A stretch of 56,877 nucleotides of DNA from Acetobacteraceae bacterium (GCA_035503055.1 DATJTV010000072.1:1-56877), one strand, 5' to 3'. Shown: positions 34,663 to 45,327, counted from the first letter of the stretch. Notes: generated by a model from the letters alone, not told the origin. A program made the numbers and translations.

Positions 34663-36030
34663 ATGGCCGACGCGGCATATTCCCGCAGGCAGACTCTGAG
34701 GACGGCGGGGCTCGGCGCCGCGGGCCTGGTCATGGCGAGCGCTCTGCGACGGGGCGCCCTCGCGGCCGGTTCCCAGGATCCGATGCCCGGGGCCGCGGCG
34801 GTCGCCGGCCGGCTGGAAGCGTGGGATTGGTCGGATGCGCCCTACGTCCCGGGGGAGGAGGCGCAGGCGGACTTCTACACGAAGTACTTTCCATCCCTCT
34901 ACAAGAACCTGAAGTTCTCTTCGACGATCCTGGGCTACACCGACATGCTTCCGAAGCTCACGGTGGCATGGCGCGCCAGCAACCGCCCCGATGTCGCCCG
35001 GGTTGCCATTGCCTGGTCGCCCCAGTTCGTCGGCGCCGACCAATGCGCCGAGATCACCGAACAGGAGCTCGGCATTCCCTTCGACCAGTTCCTGCCCGGA
35101 GCTTTGCTCAGCGTTCGCCGCGACGGCGCCGGCACGGGGCCGCTCTACGGGCTGCCCACGAACAACGAGGTGATGTTTCTTCTCTACAACAAGGCGATCT
35201 TCTCGAGCGCGGGGCTTGATCCGGAGAAGCCGCCCGCGACCTGGGAGGACCTTGCCGCCTATTCGAAGACCATCCACGACAAGACCGGCAATTACGGCTA
35301 CGGGCTGTGCGCCGCGCAGAACAACGGCAACACGCCCTTCCGCTTCATGCCGGCGGCCTGGGCGTACGGCGGGCAGATTTTCGATGAGCTGAGCCCGCAT
35401 CCGACCTGGCGCACGATCGGCCTCGGCGATCAGGGAACCGTTGCGGCACTGGCGCTCTACAACCGCATGTTCAACATCGACAAGAGCGTCCAGCCCTCCG
35501 CGCTCAGCGACAACGAAAGCAACGTCGAGACGTTGTTCCTCGACGGCAAGGTTGCGATGTGCATCGACCATCCGAGCTTCGCCCAGCAGGTCCGCCAGCT
35601 GAAGCCGGATCTCCCCGTGGGCGGGGCCATGGTTCCGTCCGGGCCGGTGCGCCGCGCGGTCGTGCTCGGCGGCTCCAACATCCATATCCGCGCGACCAGC
35701 ACCAACAAGGCGGCCGCGCTGGCATTGATCCGGGCCTATCTCTCGCCCTACTGGAATGCGCGGCTCGGCACCGGGGCGGGTTCGGAAGCATCCACCGCCG
35801 CGGCGCGGCGATCGCACGAGCAGGGGCTCCTGAGCAAGGAGATCCCGTTCAACGACATCGTGTTCAAGATGCTGCCCTACGGCGTCAACGTCCCGCTCGT
35901 CGCCGAGGGCGCGCAGATCTGGAACGCGATCGTTCCGCAAATGATCCAGGAGGTCCTGAGCGGGAGATCGACTCCGAAGGACGCGGCGAGCGCGGCGGCC
36001 GGCCAGGTGCGCGAGCTGATGGCCGGCTAG
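34663..36030 (+). CDS. CUT1 ABC substrate-binding protein, Tat signal
   Basis: SRRQTLRTAGLGAAGLVMASALRRGALA signal peptide, 455 aa, RBS GGAGGAG upstream. Confidence 0.85.
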   Translation: MADAAYSRRQTLRTAGLGAAGLVMASALRRGALAAGSQDPMPGAAAVAGRLEAWDWSDAPYVPGEEAQADFYTKYFPSLYKNLKFSSTILGYTDMLPKLTVAWRASNRPDVARVAIAWSPQFVGADQCAEITEQELGIPFDQFLPGALLSVRRDGAGTGPLYGLPTNNEVMFLLYNKAIFSSAGLDPEKPPATWEDLAAYSKTIHDKTGNYGYGLCAAQNNGNTPFRFMPAAWAYGGQIFDELSPHPTWRTIGLGDQGTVAALALYNRMFNIDKSVQPSALSDNESNVETLFLDGKVAMCIDHPSFAQQVRQLKPDLPVGGAMVPSGPVRRAVVLGGSNIHIRATSTNKAAALALIRAYLSPYWNARLGTGAGSEASTAAARRSHEQGLLSKEIPFNDIVFKMLPYGVNVPLVAEGAQIWNAIVPQMIQEVLSGRSTPKDAASAAAGQVRELMAG

Positions 36031-36058
36031 AACGGACGCGCCCGGCTCGAGCGATCCC

Positions 36059-36997
36059 GTGACAACGCTCGCCGAGCCCGGTTCGGGCACGCCCGCCGCA
36101 TTCGGCTCCCTCCGCCTGCGCTGGGGCGAGCGCCTCGCCGGCTATCCCTACGTGCTGCCGGCCGTCCTCGTCGTCACCGCGGTGATGAGCTATCCTTTTG
36201 TCTATTCGATCTATCTGAGCTTTCGTGCGACGCCGTCATACACGACGAGGACGCACTTCAACGGGCTCGCCAATTACCACGCCGTCCTGCACGACCCGAT
36301 CTTTCTGCACTCGCTGCTCACCACGGTGATCTGGACGGCCGGAAGCACCATCGCCGATCTCCTGCTCGGCATGGGCGCGGCGCTGCTCGTCGATCGCCTG
36401 CGATGGTTTCGCGGACCGGCACGCGCGGCTCTCATGCTGCCTTACATCGTCGGCTACGTGGTCGCGAGCTATGCCTGGCTTTGGCTCTACCAGGCCGAAT
36501 ACGGCCTCTTGAACGATCTGCTTGCCTCTTCGCACCTCATCTCCCGCCCGATCTCGTTCCTGAGCTCGCTCACCTGGGCGCTGCCCGCGGTCATGCTCGT
36601 CAACATCTGGAAGACCGCGCCCTTCGCCATGATCATGTTCCTCGCCGGTCTTCAGGCGGTGCCCGAGCAGACGGTGCTTGCCGCGGGGCTCGACGGCGCC
36701 TCGCCCGCCCGCGCCTTCCTCGAGGTCAAGCTTCCGTACCTCCGCCGCGTCATCGTCATCACCAGCATCGTGCTCACCTTCCAGAACTTCAACACCTTCA
36801 CCATCCCCTACATCATGACCAGCGGCGGGCCGCTCAACCGCACCGAGATCGTATCGAACTACATCTACGACGTCGCCTTCACCAACCTCAATTTCGGCCG
36901 TGCCGCCGCCGCCTCGGTGGTGGTGATGATCATCCTCATGCTCTTCGCCATCGCCTATGCCGGCTCCTTGAGCCGGCGGCCGCCGGGGGTGGTATGA
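36059..36997 (+). CDS. CUT1 ABC permease (MalF/UgpA-like)
   Basis: GTG start; 312 aa; 6 TM-like segments with an EAA loop (LAAGLDGASPARAFLEVKLP). Confidence 0.85.
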   Translation: MTTLAEPGSGTPAAFGSLRLRWGERLAGYPYVLPAVLVVTAVMSYPFVYSIYLSFRATPSYTTRTHFNGLANYHAVLHDPIFLHSLLTTVIWTAGSTIADLLLGMGAALLVDRLRWFRGPARAALMLPYIVGYVVASYAWLWLYQAEYGLLNDLLASSHLISRPISFLSSLTWALPAVMLVNIWKTAPFAMIMFLAGLQAVPEQTVLAAGLDGASPARAFLEVKLPYLRRVIVITSIVLTFQNFNTFTIPYIMTSGGPLNRTEIVSNYIYDVAFTNLNFGRAAAASVVVMIILMLFAIAYAGSLSRRPPGVV

Positions 36998-37842
36998 GCG
37001 GACGGCGCTGGATCCGCGCGATCCCCGCGAAGATCGCGCTCGCCTTCTACCTTCTCTTCGCGCTGGTGCCGTTCGCCTGGATGGCGACGGCTTCGCTCGA
37101 ACCGCAGACCGCGCTCTACCGCCGCCATGTGAGCTATCTGCCGAACCCCTTCACGCTCGCCAATTACGCGGCGCTGCTGCGCGCCAACCCGATCGCGGGC
37201 ACGGATTTTCCGCGCTACTTCCTGAACAGCCTGATCGTCGTCTGCTGCACGGTCGTGCTCTCGCTCCTGATCGCCGTGCCCGCCGCCTACGGCTTCTCGC
37301 GCTATCGCTTCATCGGCAAGAGCACGCTCCTCTACGGGATTCTCCTGCAAAGCCTGTTCCCGCTCGTCAATTTCCTGATCCCGCTCTATATCGTCATGCA
37401 GGAGCTTGGCCTGCTCGACACCTATCCCTCCCTGATCATCGCCTATCTCACGTTCAGCATGCCGCTCAACATCTGGATCCTGAAGAGCTTCTTCGATGGA
37501 ATCCCGGTCGACATGGAGATGTCGGCACGGCTCGACGGCGCGGGCAGCTTTCGCGCCTTCGTCGAGATCGCCATCCCGCCGGCGGTGCCGGGGATCGTCG
37601 CCACCGCGATCTTCACCTTCATTCTGGCCTGGGACGAGTATCTCTATGCGCTGACGATGATCTCGAACTCCGCCATGCGCACGCTGCCGCTCGGCATCTT
37701 CGCCTATTTCTCCGAAGGCGTGCCGAACTGGAGCGGGCTCACGGCGACCGCGATCGCCATGAGCATTCCGGTGATCGTGGTCTTCCTGGTCCTGCAGAAA
37801 TACTTCATCGCGGCGCTCAGCAAGGGAGCGCTGAAGTACTGA
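36994..37842 (+). CDS. CUT1 ABC permease (MalG/UgpE-like)
   Basis: Start moved to ATG 36994 (ATGA overlap). 282 aa; EAA loop (EMSARLDGAGSFRAFVEIAIP). Confidence 0.85.
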   Translation: MSGRRWIRAIPAKIALAFYLLFALVPFAWMATASLEPQTALYRRHVSYLPNPFTLANYAALLRANPIAGTDFPRYFLNSLIVVCCTVVLSLLIAVPAAYGFSRYRFIGKSTLLYGILLQSLFPLVNFLIPLYIVMQELGLLDTYPSLIIAYLTFSMPLNIWILKSFFDGIPVDMEMSARLDGAGSFRAFVEIAIPPAVPGIVATAIFTFILAWDEYLYALTMISNSAMRTLPLGIFAYFSEGVPNWSGLTATAIAMSIPVIVVFLVLQKYFIAALSKGALKY

Positions 37843-37873
37843 TGCCCGCCCCGCTCCACACGACCGGCGTGCG

Positions 37874-39001
37874 ATGGCGGAGATAGCCCTCGCGGGCATC
37901 TGCAAGACCTACGTCGCGCGCCGGCGCGAGGTGAGAGCCCTGGCGCCGCTCGATCTGACGATCCGGGACGGCGAGTTCGTTACCGTCCTCGGCCCCTCCG
38001 GCTCGGGCAAGACCACGCTGCTCAGCCTGATCGTCGGCACCATCGCCCCATCGGGCGGGCGCATCCTGGTGGACGGGGCGGACGTCACATATGCCGACCT
38101 CCGCGCGCGCGACATGGCGATGGTGTTCCAGAACTACGCGCTCTATCCGGCGAAAACCGTGCGCGGCAACCTCGATTTTCCGCTCCGCATGCGCGGCGTG
38201 GCGCGGGCCGAGCGGGCGCCGCGGGTGGACGCGATGGCGAGGCTGCTCGGGCTTACGGAGCTGCTCGATCAATATCCCCGCCAGCTCTCCGGCGGGCAGC
38301 AGCAGCGCGTCGCACTCGGCCGCGCGCTGATCCGCCGGCCCAAGCTCTTCCTGATGGACGAGCCGCTCTCCAACCTCGATGCGAAGCTCCGCCTGCAGAT
38401 GCGTACCGAGATCAAGCGCCTGCACCGCGAGGTGCCGGTGACCACCGTCTACGTCACCCACGACCAGATCGAGGCGATGTCGCTCTCCGACCGCGTGGTG
38501 GTCATGAACCAGGGCCACGTCGTGCAGGTCGACACGCCGGAGGCCATCTACAACCGCCCCGCCGATCTTTTCGTGGCCGGATTCGTCGGCGCGCCGGCGA
38601 TGAACATGTTCCGGGTCAGCCTGCGGAGCGCGGGCGGCGGCCTGGTTTGCCGGCTGGACGGAGGCTCGGCGGCGGCAAGCCTCAGGCCGCACCCGCCGGT
38701 CGCCGCCGGGAACGGCGTTCTCGGGATTCGTCCGAAGCATGTCGAATGGCAAACGCAAGCCGGACCCGTCGAACCGCCCCGGCTCGGCGGCGTCGTCCGC
38801 GAGATCGACGATACCGGCGACGACAGGCTGATCTATGCGGACATCGGCCAAGAGCCCGTCACGATCCTCGAGACAAGGCACCGCTCGGTCGCGGTCGGCG
38901 AGCCGATCGCGATCCGCTTCCCCGAGCCCTCCGTGCATCTTTTCGTCGATGGCCGGCGCGTCGAGGCCGCGCCCGCGCCGGCTCCAGCGGACACGGCATG
39001 A
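37874..39001 (+). CDS. MalK/UgpC/MsiK-like ABC ATPase (canonical motifs)
   Basis: [33 protein letters not shown] and YVTHDQIEA, plus a TOBE domain. Confidence 0.9.
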   Translation: MAEIALAGICKTYVARRREVRALAPLDLTIRDGEFVTVLGPSGSGKTTLLSLIVGTIAPSGGRILVDGADVTYADLRARDMAMVFQNYALYPAKTVRGNLDFPLRMRGVARAERAPRVDAMARLLGLTELLDQYPRQLSGGQQQRVALGRALIRRPKLFLMDEPLSNLDAKLRLQMRTEIKRLHREVPVTTVYVTHDQIEAMSLSDRVVVMNQGHVVQVDTPEAIYNRPADLFVAGFVGAPAMNMFRVSLRSAGGGLVCRLDGGSAAASLRPHPPVAAGNGVLGIRPKHVEWQTQAGPVEPPRLGGVVREIDDTGDDRLIYADIGQEPVTILETRHRSVAVGEPIAIRFPEPSVHLFVDGRRVEAAPAPAPADTA

Positions 39002-39105
39002 TCGGAGCGCATTGAAGGGTTGCATCCGCGCGGCGTCGCCGCGCCGGGCGGATTGCCCGCGGAGCGCAACGGCGGATAGGCTCGGCGCGCCGGAGGGAAT
39101 CGCAA

Positions 39106-40302
39106 ATGAAGATCACCGACCTCAAATGCGCCATGATCGGGAAGAATCCGGTGGTGCGGATCGTGACCGACGAGGCGATCGACGGCTACGGCGAGGTGGA
39201 ATCGTACAAGCCCTATCTCAAGCCGTTCGTCCTCCATTTGCGCGAGGCCCTCATCGGCCAGGATCCGACGAATGTCGAGCGGGTGATGCTGCGCATCCGC
39301 CAGCGCGGCGCGTTCAAACCGTGGGGAAGCGCGGTGAGCGCCGTCGAGATGGCGCTATGGGACGTGGCGGGAAAGGCGGCGGGGCTGCCGGTGTACAAGC
39401 TGCTGGGCGGCAAGGTGCGCGACCAGGTGCGGACCTACAACGGCTCGCTCCGCGTCCCGCTGCCGGGGGTGGCGCCGGAGCATTACGCGGCGGATTGCCG
39501 GCGGATGATGGCGCTTCCCGAAGGCTTCACGATGATCAAGCAGGGAATCGCCTTCCATAGCCGGATGAAGCACGAGCTCCCGGATTTCTTTTATGGCGCG
39601 GCCGAGAAGAGCCCCTTCCACGGAGCGCTCGATTCGGGGCTGCTGACCGAACGGGGAATGGCGCACCTGATCGCCTGCGTGGCGGCAATGAAGGAGGCGC
39701 TGGGGGACAAGGTCGGGCTGGCGCTCGACTGCGGGCCGGGCTGGACGGTGCCGGACGCGATCCGCTTCGCCCGCGCGGTCGAGAAATTCAATCTGCTCTG
39801 GCTCGAGGACATGCTCACGGGAGACTATGTTCCCTACGTCAACGCCGACGTGTACCGGGACCTCACGCACGCGACAACGACGCCCATTCATACCGGCGAA
39901 CAGATCTACCTCAGGCAGAACTTCAAGGAGCTGATCGAGCGCCACGCGGTCAACGTGGTGGGGCCGGATCCGTGCGACGTGGGCGGTATCGCCGAGCTAA
40001 AGTGGATTGCGGAATATGCCGCCCTGCACGGCATCCTGATCGCGCCGCACGGCACCGGCAACGGCGTGCTGGGGCTCGCGGCCCTGGTCCAGGTATGCGC
40101 GACCCTGCCGCACAATTTCATCGCCTTCGAATATCCGAGCGGCGACCCGGCCTGGTGGTACGAGATCGTCGAGGGCCTGCCCAAGCCGATCGTGAGGAGC
40201 GGCTTGATCGACGTGTGGGACCGGCCGGGCATGGGGGTCGATCTCGTTCCGGAAAAGGCGCGGCGGCATCTGAAGGAAGAGGATGCCGGGTTTTTCGATT
40301 GA
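39106..40302 (+). CDS. Enolase-superfamily enzyme (mandelate racemase/muconate lactonizing family; acid-sugar dehydratase-like), paralog 1
   Basis: MR_MLE N-terminal capping domain (VEMALWDVAGKAAGLPVYKLLGG). Putative metal ligands lie in ALDCG, WLEDM and TGEQ. Confidence 0.85.
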   Translation: MKITDLKCAMIGKNPVVRIVTDEAIDGYGEVESYKPYLKPFVLHLREALIGQDPTNVERVMLRIRQRGAFKPWGSAVSAVEMALWDVAGKAAGLPVYKLLGGKVRDQVRTYNGSLRVPLPGVAPEHYAADCRRMMALPEGFTMIKQGIAFHSRMKHELPDFFYGAAEKSPFHGALDSGLLTERGMAHLIACVAAMKEALGDKVGLALDCGPGWTVPDAIRFARAVEKFNLLWLEDMLTGDYVPYVNADVYRDLTHATTTPIHTGEQIYLRQNFKELIERHAVNVVGPDPCDVGGIAELKWIAEYAALHGILIAPHGTGNGVLGLAALVQVCATLPHNFIAFEYPSGDPAWWYEIVEGLPKPIVRSGLIDVWDRPGMGVDLVPEKARRHLKEEDAGFFD

Positions 40303-40356
40303 GCCATCGTGGGCGCGGAAGCGCTTCGGGCGCGCCCCTGAGCGGGAGGATCGGCA

Positions 40357-41535
40357 GTGAGGATCACCAATGTCAGTACCGCCGTCATTCAAGGGAACTT
40401 CCCTTGGGTACTGGTGAAGGTGGAGACGGACGCGGGGATTACGGGCCTCGGCGAGGCCTACTGGGGCGCGGGCGTGGCGGAGCTCGTGCACCGGGCGAAG
40501 CCGCTGATCCTCGGGCAGGATCCGGTGAACATCGGCAGGCTCGTCGAGGTGATGGTGCGCTGCCTCTCCGGGGAGGGCTCGCAGGCGGGAGCGACGGTGA
40601 CGGCGATCAGCGGGATAGAGATCGCGCTTTGGGATCTGCTCGGGCGGGCGCTCAAGGCGCCGATCTCGACATTCTTCGGCGGGCGGTTTCGCGACAAGAT
40701 CCGCATCTATGCGGATTGCCATGCGGGTGAGACGCCGGATCCGGCGGACTACGCCAAGCGGGCGCGAGAGGTGGTGGCGGCGGGGTTCAGCGCGATCAAG
40801 TTCGATCTCGACACGCCCAATCCCTACACGATCGACATCTCGGACGATCCGCATCCGAGGCGGCGATGGTTCGAGCCGTTCAACCGCACGATCGGCTCGC
40901 AGGAGATGCGCTGGATGGTCGATGTGGTGCGGGCGGTGCGCGGCGCCGTCGGGCCGGAAATCATGGTGGCGATGGACGCCCACTGGAAGTTCGGGGTGAA
41001 CGACGCGATCCGGCTCGCGCAGGCGCTGGAGCCGTTCGATCTGCTGTGGCTCGAGGATCCGGTGCCGCCCGAGAATATCGAGGCGCAGCGGCAGGTGACG
41101 CTGAGCACGCGGACGCCGATCTGCACCGGCGAGAATCTCTATCGCAAGCACGGCTATCGGGAACTGATCGAGAAGCAGGCGGCGCGGATCATCGCGCCGG
41201 ATATACCCAAGATGGGCGGGCTGCTCGAAGCGAAGAAGGTCGCCGAGCACGCGGACCTCTACTACATCCCGCTCGCTCCGCATAATGTCGCGAGCCCGAT
41301 CGGGACGGCGGCGGGAGCGCAGCTGTGCGCCGCGATAAACAATTTCCTGGTGATGGAGTTCCACGCGTTCGACGTGCCATGGTGGGAGGAGCTGGTGGCG
41401 GGCGGCCCGACGATCGTCGGCGGCTACATCCATCTCGACGACCGGCCCGGGCACGGCCTGACGCTGAACGAGGACGTGGCGCGGGCGCACCTCAAGCCCG
41501 GCTCTAGCTTTTTCGGCGACGTCCCGTGGGCGTGA
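40357..41535 (+). CDS. Enolase-superfamily enzyme (MR/MLE family; dehydratase-like), paralog 2
   Basis: IEIALWDLLGRALKAPISTFFGG. Putative metal ligands lie in AMDAHW, WLEDP and TGEN. Confidence 0.85.
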   Translation: MRITNVSTAVIQGNFPWVLVKVETDAGITGLGEAYWGAGVAELVHRAKPLILGQDPVNIGRLVEVMVRCLSGEGSQAGATVTAISGIEIALWDLLGRALKAPISTFFGGRFRDKIRIYADCHAGETPDPADYAKRAREVVAAGFSAIKFDLDTPNPYTIDISDDPHPRRRWFEPFNRTIGSQEMRWMVDVVRAVRGAVGPEIMVAMDAHWKFGVNDAIRLAQALEPFDLLWLEDPVPPENIEAQRQVTLSTRTPICTGENLYRKHGYRELIEKQAARIIAPDIPKMGGLLEAKKVAEHADLYYIPLAPHNVASPIGTAAGAQLCAAINNFLVMEFHAFDVPWWEELVAGGPTIVGGYIHLDDRPGHGLTLNEDVARAHLKPGSSFFGDVPWA

Positions 41536-41539
41536 GGGA

Positions 41540-41565
41540 GAGCGGCGCGGGGCCGCTCATTTCTT
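41540..41565 (+). terminator. Stem-loop GAGCGGC-GCGGG-GCCGCTC followed by ATTTCTT, between convergent genes
   Basis: Read directly. It lies 5 nt after the enolase-paralog stop and overlaps the last codons of the convergent RraA-like gene. Confidence 0.4.
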
Positions 41566-42297
41566 CGGGTTGAGCGCGCGCCAGGCCTCGTATTCGGGGC
41601 GGGCGGCATCGGAGAGCGGGTAGTAGCGGCGCAGGTCGCCCCCCTCGCTCAGGCGGAGGCGGGAAAAATCCTCCCATTCGTGGTGGCTGCCGGCGCGTTC
41701 GATCACCTGCGCGGCGAGAGAAGAAGGGACGACGACGGCGCCGTCGTCGTCGGCGACGATGATGTCGCCCGGCATGACGAGGCAATTGTTCATCGCGATC
41801 GGCACGTTCACCGCGTAGGGAACAATGTTGGTCTGGGTGTGGAAGTTGGGGGTCACGCCGCGCAGCCAGAGGCCGAGGCCGAGCGATTTCGCATGCGGAA
41901 AATCGCGGATGCAGCCGTCGATGACGACGCCGAGCCCGCCGCGGCCTTTGAAGTAGGTGAGCATCATCTCCCCGAAGACGCCGCTTGCCATGTCGGCACG
42001 GGCGTCCACGACGACAACGTCGCCGGCTCTCGCGTGATAGAGCACGTGGCGATGGAGCTGCTTTTCTGGGTCGGTGTATTCGTCCTCACCGTACATGTCC
42101 TCGCGCTTGGGCATGAATTGCAGGGTGAGGGCGGGGCCGGCGATGGCACGGCCGGGAGTCCAGGAAACCGGGCCGATGATGTGGGCGTTGCGGATACCGA
42201 GGTGGGAGAGCGTGCTGCTGGCGGTCGCGGCGCCGATCTCGGCGAGGGCCGAGACGAGATGCGCGGGCGGGCGCGTGATGTCCGGTGTCTCGATCAT
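41557..42297 (-). CDS. RraA-family protein (4-hydroxy-4-methyl-2-oxoglutarate aldolase / oxaloacetate decarboxylase-like)
   Basis: 246 aa. Motifs GDVVVVDA....ASGVFGEMM and GGLGVVIDGCIRD are typical of RraA/HMG-aldolase proteins. Confidence 0.8.
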   Translation of the reverse strand: MIETPDITRPPAHLVSALAEIGAATASSTLSHLGIRNAHIIGPVSWTPGRAIAGPALTLQFMPKREDMYGEDEYTDPEKQLHRHVLYHARAGDVVVVDARADMASGVFGEMMLTYFKGRGGLGVVIDGCIRDFPHAKSLGLGLWLRGVTPNFHTQTNIVPYAVNVPIAMNNCLVMPGDIIVADDDGAVVVPSSLAAQVIERAGSHHEWEDFSRLRLSEGGDLRRYYPLSDAARPEYEAWRALNPKK

Positions 42298-42563
42298 CGC
42301 TCGTGTCCTCCGCGCGGAAGTACCGGACAGGGATCGACGTGGGTCAAGGGGGCGGCCCGCTCGCGGCGCCCGACATCAGCGGAGCGGTGCTGATCCGATC
42401 CCCGATTGTGCGTTCGCGGGGCGGCCTTGCGTCAAGGCCAAGCCGCGCTACGCGCGGGCGCTGCGCGCGCCTTGACTCAAGGCTGGCCCGCGAAGCCCTG
42501 CTCCTGATCGGATAACGCGCAGGTCTGCACCCTCCTTGCTTCCTCGACCGAGGCCCGATCGCC

Positions 42564-43598
42564 TCATCCCGACGAGGCGCGGGGATGGGGCGATTCGGCA
42601 TTGCCCGTGACGAGCGAGCGGCGCATCGCCTCGAGCACCCGCATCGCCTCCACGCCCTCTTCGATCGTCGGCGCGTCCGAAGGCTCGCCGCGCGCCGCGG
42701 CAAGGAAAGCGCCGAGCAGCGCGTGATACCCCTTGTGGTCCTCATTGGCGGCCGCGGTGAGATTCGGTTCCCAGGCCAGCGTGTCCAGGGCAGGATCGAG
42801 CGTCGCTGCGGGATCGTCGGCCTTGAAGGGCGGTGCGCGGAAATAGCGCACGCTGTGGACGTTGTGGATCTCGACACGGCGGTTATCGCCCATCACCTGC
42901 CAGAACTCCATCGGCGTGCCGCGCGACTGATGCGTGCCCATCACCACGGTGCCGAGAGCCCCCGAGGGGAAGGTGAAGCCGACATGGAGCGCGATCTTCC
43001 CCGGCCCGAGAGAAAAGCTCCGCGCGTGAACCGCTTCCACCCTTTCGCCCATCAGCCAGGGAACGAGATCCATTGCGTGAACGGAATGATGAAGGAAGAA
43101 GCCTTCGTAATCCGGATCGCGCGCGAAGTAGGTCGGCGCCGTCATGTATTCGCCGACCAGGCTCGCGGCGGCGCCGAACTCCGCGCCGCGCAGGATATTG
43201 GCGGCGATCCGATTGGCGGTGGAGTAGCGCTTCATGAAGCCGACGATGCAGGGGCGAGCGGCTTTCGCCGCGGCGGCGGCGACGAGCGCCGCGCCGGCCG
43301 CGGTTGCGGCGGGAGGCTTCTCGACGAAAACGGCGAGCCCGCGCGCCAGCGCGTGTTGCGCGAGCGCCTGATGCTGCGCCGGGCCGACCGCCATGCCGAC
43401 GGCGTCGAGCGCAACCTCGCCCAGCATCGCCGCCGCATCGGTGAAGGACGCTCCGGCGCCGAAGCGGCGCGCGGCCTCGCCGGCGCGCGCGGGATCGGTG
43501 TCGCACACCGCGGCGAGTGCCACCGGGAAGCGGGTGAGTTGCGGCAGCAGCATCTCGGAGGCATGGGTGCCGCACCCGATCCAGCCGAGGCGCAGCAT
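42564..43598 (-). CDS. Gfo/Idh/MocA-family NAD(P)-dependent oxidoreductase
   Basis: Start moved to ATG 43598 (MLRLGWIGCGTHASEMLLPQL Rossmann N-terminus), with a 1-nt overlap with the upstream stop. Confidence 0.85.
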   Translation of the reverse strand: MLRLGWIGCGTHASEMLLPQLTRFPVALAAVCDTDPARAGEAARRFGAGASFTDAAAMLGEVALDAVGMAVGPAQHQALAQHALARGLAVFVEKPPAATAAGAALVAAAAAKAARPCIVGFMKRYSTANRIAANILRGAEFGAAASLVGEYMTAPTYFARDPDYEGFFLHHSVHAMDLVPWLMGERVEAVHARSFSLGPGKIALHVGFTFPSGALGTVVMGTHQSRGTPMEFWQVMGDNRRVEIHNVHSVRYFRAPPFKADDPAATLDPALDTLAWEPNLTAAANEDHKGYHALLGAFLAAARGEPSDAPTIEEGVEAMRVLEAMRRSLVTGNAESPHPRASSG

Positions 43599-44482
43599 CA
43601 CGCCGCTGCCGCGTGCAGCGCGCCGCGCAGCAGGGCGGCGCTGGCGGCGAGATCGGCGTCCTCGTCCGCCTCGGGCGGGCGCCACTGCGCGAAGGGAGTC
43701 GAGAGCCGCCGGTCGCTGCGGCGGAACGGCTCGAGCGTGATCGGTCCCGAATAGAGGATCGCGGCGAGCGCGCGGGCGATGGAAGGCCAGTCGAGATGGC
43801 CGCTGCCGAGGAATCCGCGATGGTTCTCGTTGGCCTGGAAGTGCACGAGATGTGAGCCCGTGGCGCGGATGGCCCCCGGCAGGTCGTCCTCCTCCATGTT
43901 CATGTGAAACGTATCGAGCATCACGCCGACGGCGGGGTTGGCGACCTCGCGGACGAGGGCAACCGCCTGCGCGGCAAGATTGCAGAAATCGGTCTCGAAA
44001 CGATTAAGCGGCTCGACCGCGAGGACGATTCCGCGCTCCGCCGCGTAGGCGCCGGCCTTGCCGAGCCCGGCGACGACGCGGGCGATGCGTTGCCGGCGCT
44101 CGGCCTCCCCGATCGGCGCGGGCGCGCGGCCGGCGAAGACGAGCGGGCTGCCGTAGAGCGGGCCGCCGACGATGCGGGCGCCGGCGCGCACGGCGATATC
44201 GACCGCGTCGCGGAGATAGGCGGATGCAGCCTCCTGAACGGCGGGGTCGGCCGACGAGAGATCGCGCGCGAGGTTGACGCGGGCGGCGAGAACGAGAGAG
44301 AGCCCGGCGTCGGCGGCGGCGCGCCTTGCCTCCGCGGGGTCGAGCTCGCCGGGCTCGGGCACCAGCAGCTCGCAGAAATCCATCCCCGCCTCCTTCATGC
44401 GGGGAAAGAGGGAGAGATGCTCCGGCCCGAAGGGCCGCGCGTAGCTCATGGAAATCACGCCGATCGGCGAGGTCTTGCGCAT
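43598..44482 (-). CDS. Xylose isomerase-like TIM-barrel protein (sugar phosphate isomerase/epimerase, IolE/ketose 3-epimerase-like)
   Basis: Start moved to ATG 44482 (alternative ATG 44449). AP_endonuc_2-type motifs VEPLNRFET and DTFHMNMEE. The long 546-aa ORF is read-through across the upstream permease gene. Confidence 0.8.
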   Translation of the reverse strand: MRKTSPIGVISMSYARPFGPEHLSLFPRMKEAGMDFCELLVPEPGELDPAEARRAAADAGLSLVLAARVNLARDLSSADPAVQEAASAYLRDAVDIAVRAGARIVGGPLYGSPLVFAGRAPAPIGEAERRQRIARVVAGLGKAGAYAAERGIVLAVEPLNRFETDFCNLAAQAVALVREVANPAVGVMLDTFHMNMEEDDLPGAIRATGSHLVHFQANENHRGFLGSGHLDWPSIARALAAILYSGPITLEPFRRSDRRLSTPFAQWRPPEADEDADLAASAALLRGALHAAAA

Positions 44483-44484
44483 TC

Positions 44485-45327
44485 TCAGCCTTTCACTGCG
44501 CCGCCCGTGAGCCCGCTCACGAGATGCCGCTGCACGGCAAGGAAGAGTAGAACGACCGGCAGGGCGACGAGCGTGCCGCCGGCGGTGAGAAGGCCCCATT
44601 GCACCTGGTTCTCGCCGATGAACATCTGCAGCGCCACCGTGACGGTGCGCACGCGCTCGCCGGAGAGCATCAGCGCGAAGAGGTATTCGTTCCATGAGGC
44701 GATGAAGAGATAGATCCCGACGGCGATGACGCCCGGGAGCGCGAGCGGCATGATGACGAGGCGGATCGCTTGGAGGCGCGAGGCGCCGTCGATCATCGCC
44801 GCCTCGTCGAGATCGCGCGGGATCGATTCCATGTAGCCGCTCAGCAGCCACACGGCGAAGGGAAGCGCGAAGGTGGCGTCGGCGAGGATCAGGGCGAGAT
44901 AGGTGTCGAGCAGATGCAGCCCGCGAAAGATGATGAAGAGCGGGAGCAGCAGGAGGATCACCGGGAACATGTTGACGACCAGGAAGAGGATGCGGAAGGT
45001 CTTCCTGCTGCGGAAGCGGAAGCGGGAGAAGGCGTAGGAGGCGGGCACCGCGAGCGCGAGCCCGAGTGCCAGCGTTCCCGATGCGACGATCAGGCTGTTC
45101 TCGAGATTGGCGACGAAGCTCGTCTGGCCGAGCAGCTCCGCCACATGGACGAAAGTCAGCCGCGAAGGAAGCAGGCGAAGCGGCAGATGCGTCCAGTCCC
45201 CGCTCGGGCGGATGGCCGAGAGCATCATCCAGAGCCACGGCAGAAGGCCGAAAGCGAGGATCAGGCCGAGGGGAATCTCGGTGCCGAGAAGCAGCCGGAG
45301 CCGGCGCGCCCGTGCGCGCGTCATCAC
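44485..45327 (-). CDS. CUT1 ABC permease (MalG-like)
   Basis: 280 aa; EAA loop (DEAAMIDGASRLQAIRLVIMP). Confidence 0.9.
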   Translation of the reverse strand: MMTRARARRLRLLLGTEIPLGLILAFGLLPWLWMMLSAIRPSGDWTHLPLRLLPSRLTFVHVAELLGQTSFVANLENSLIVASGTLALGLALAVPASYAFSRFRFRSRKTFRILFLVVNMFPVILLLLPLFIIFRGLHLLDTYLALILADATFALPFAVWLLSGYMESIPRDLDEAAMIDGASRLQAIRLVIMPLALPGVIAVGIYLFIASWNEYLFALMLSGERVRTVTVALQMFIGENQVQWGLLTAGGTLVALPVVLLFLAVQRHLVSGLTGGAVKG

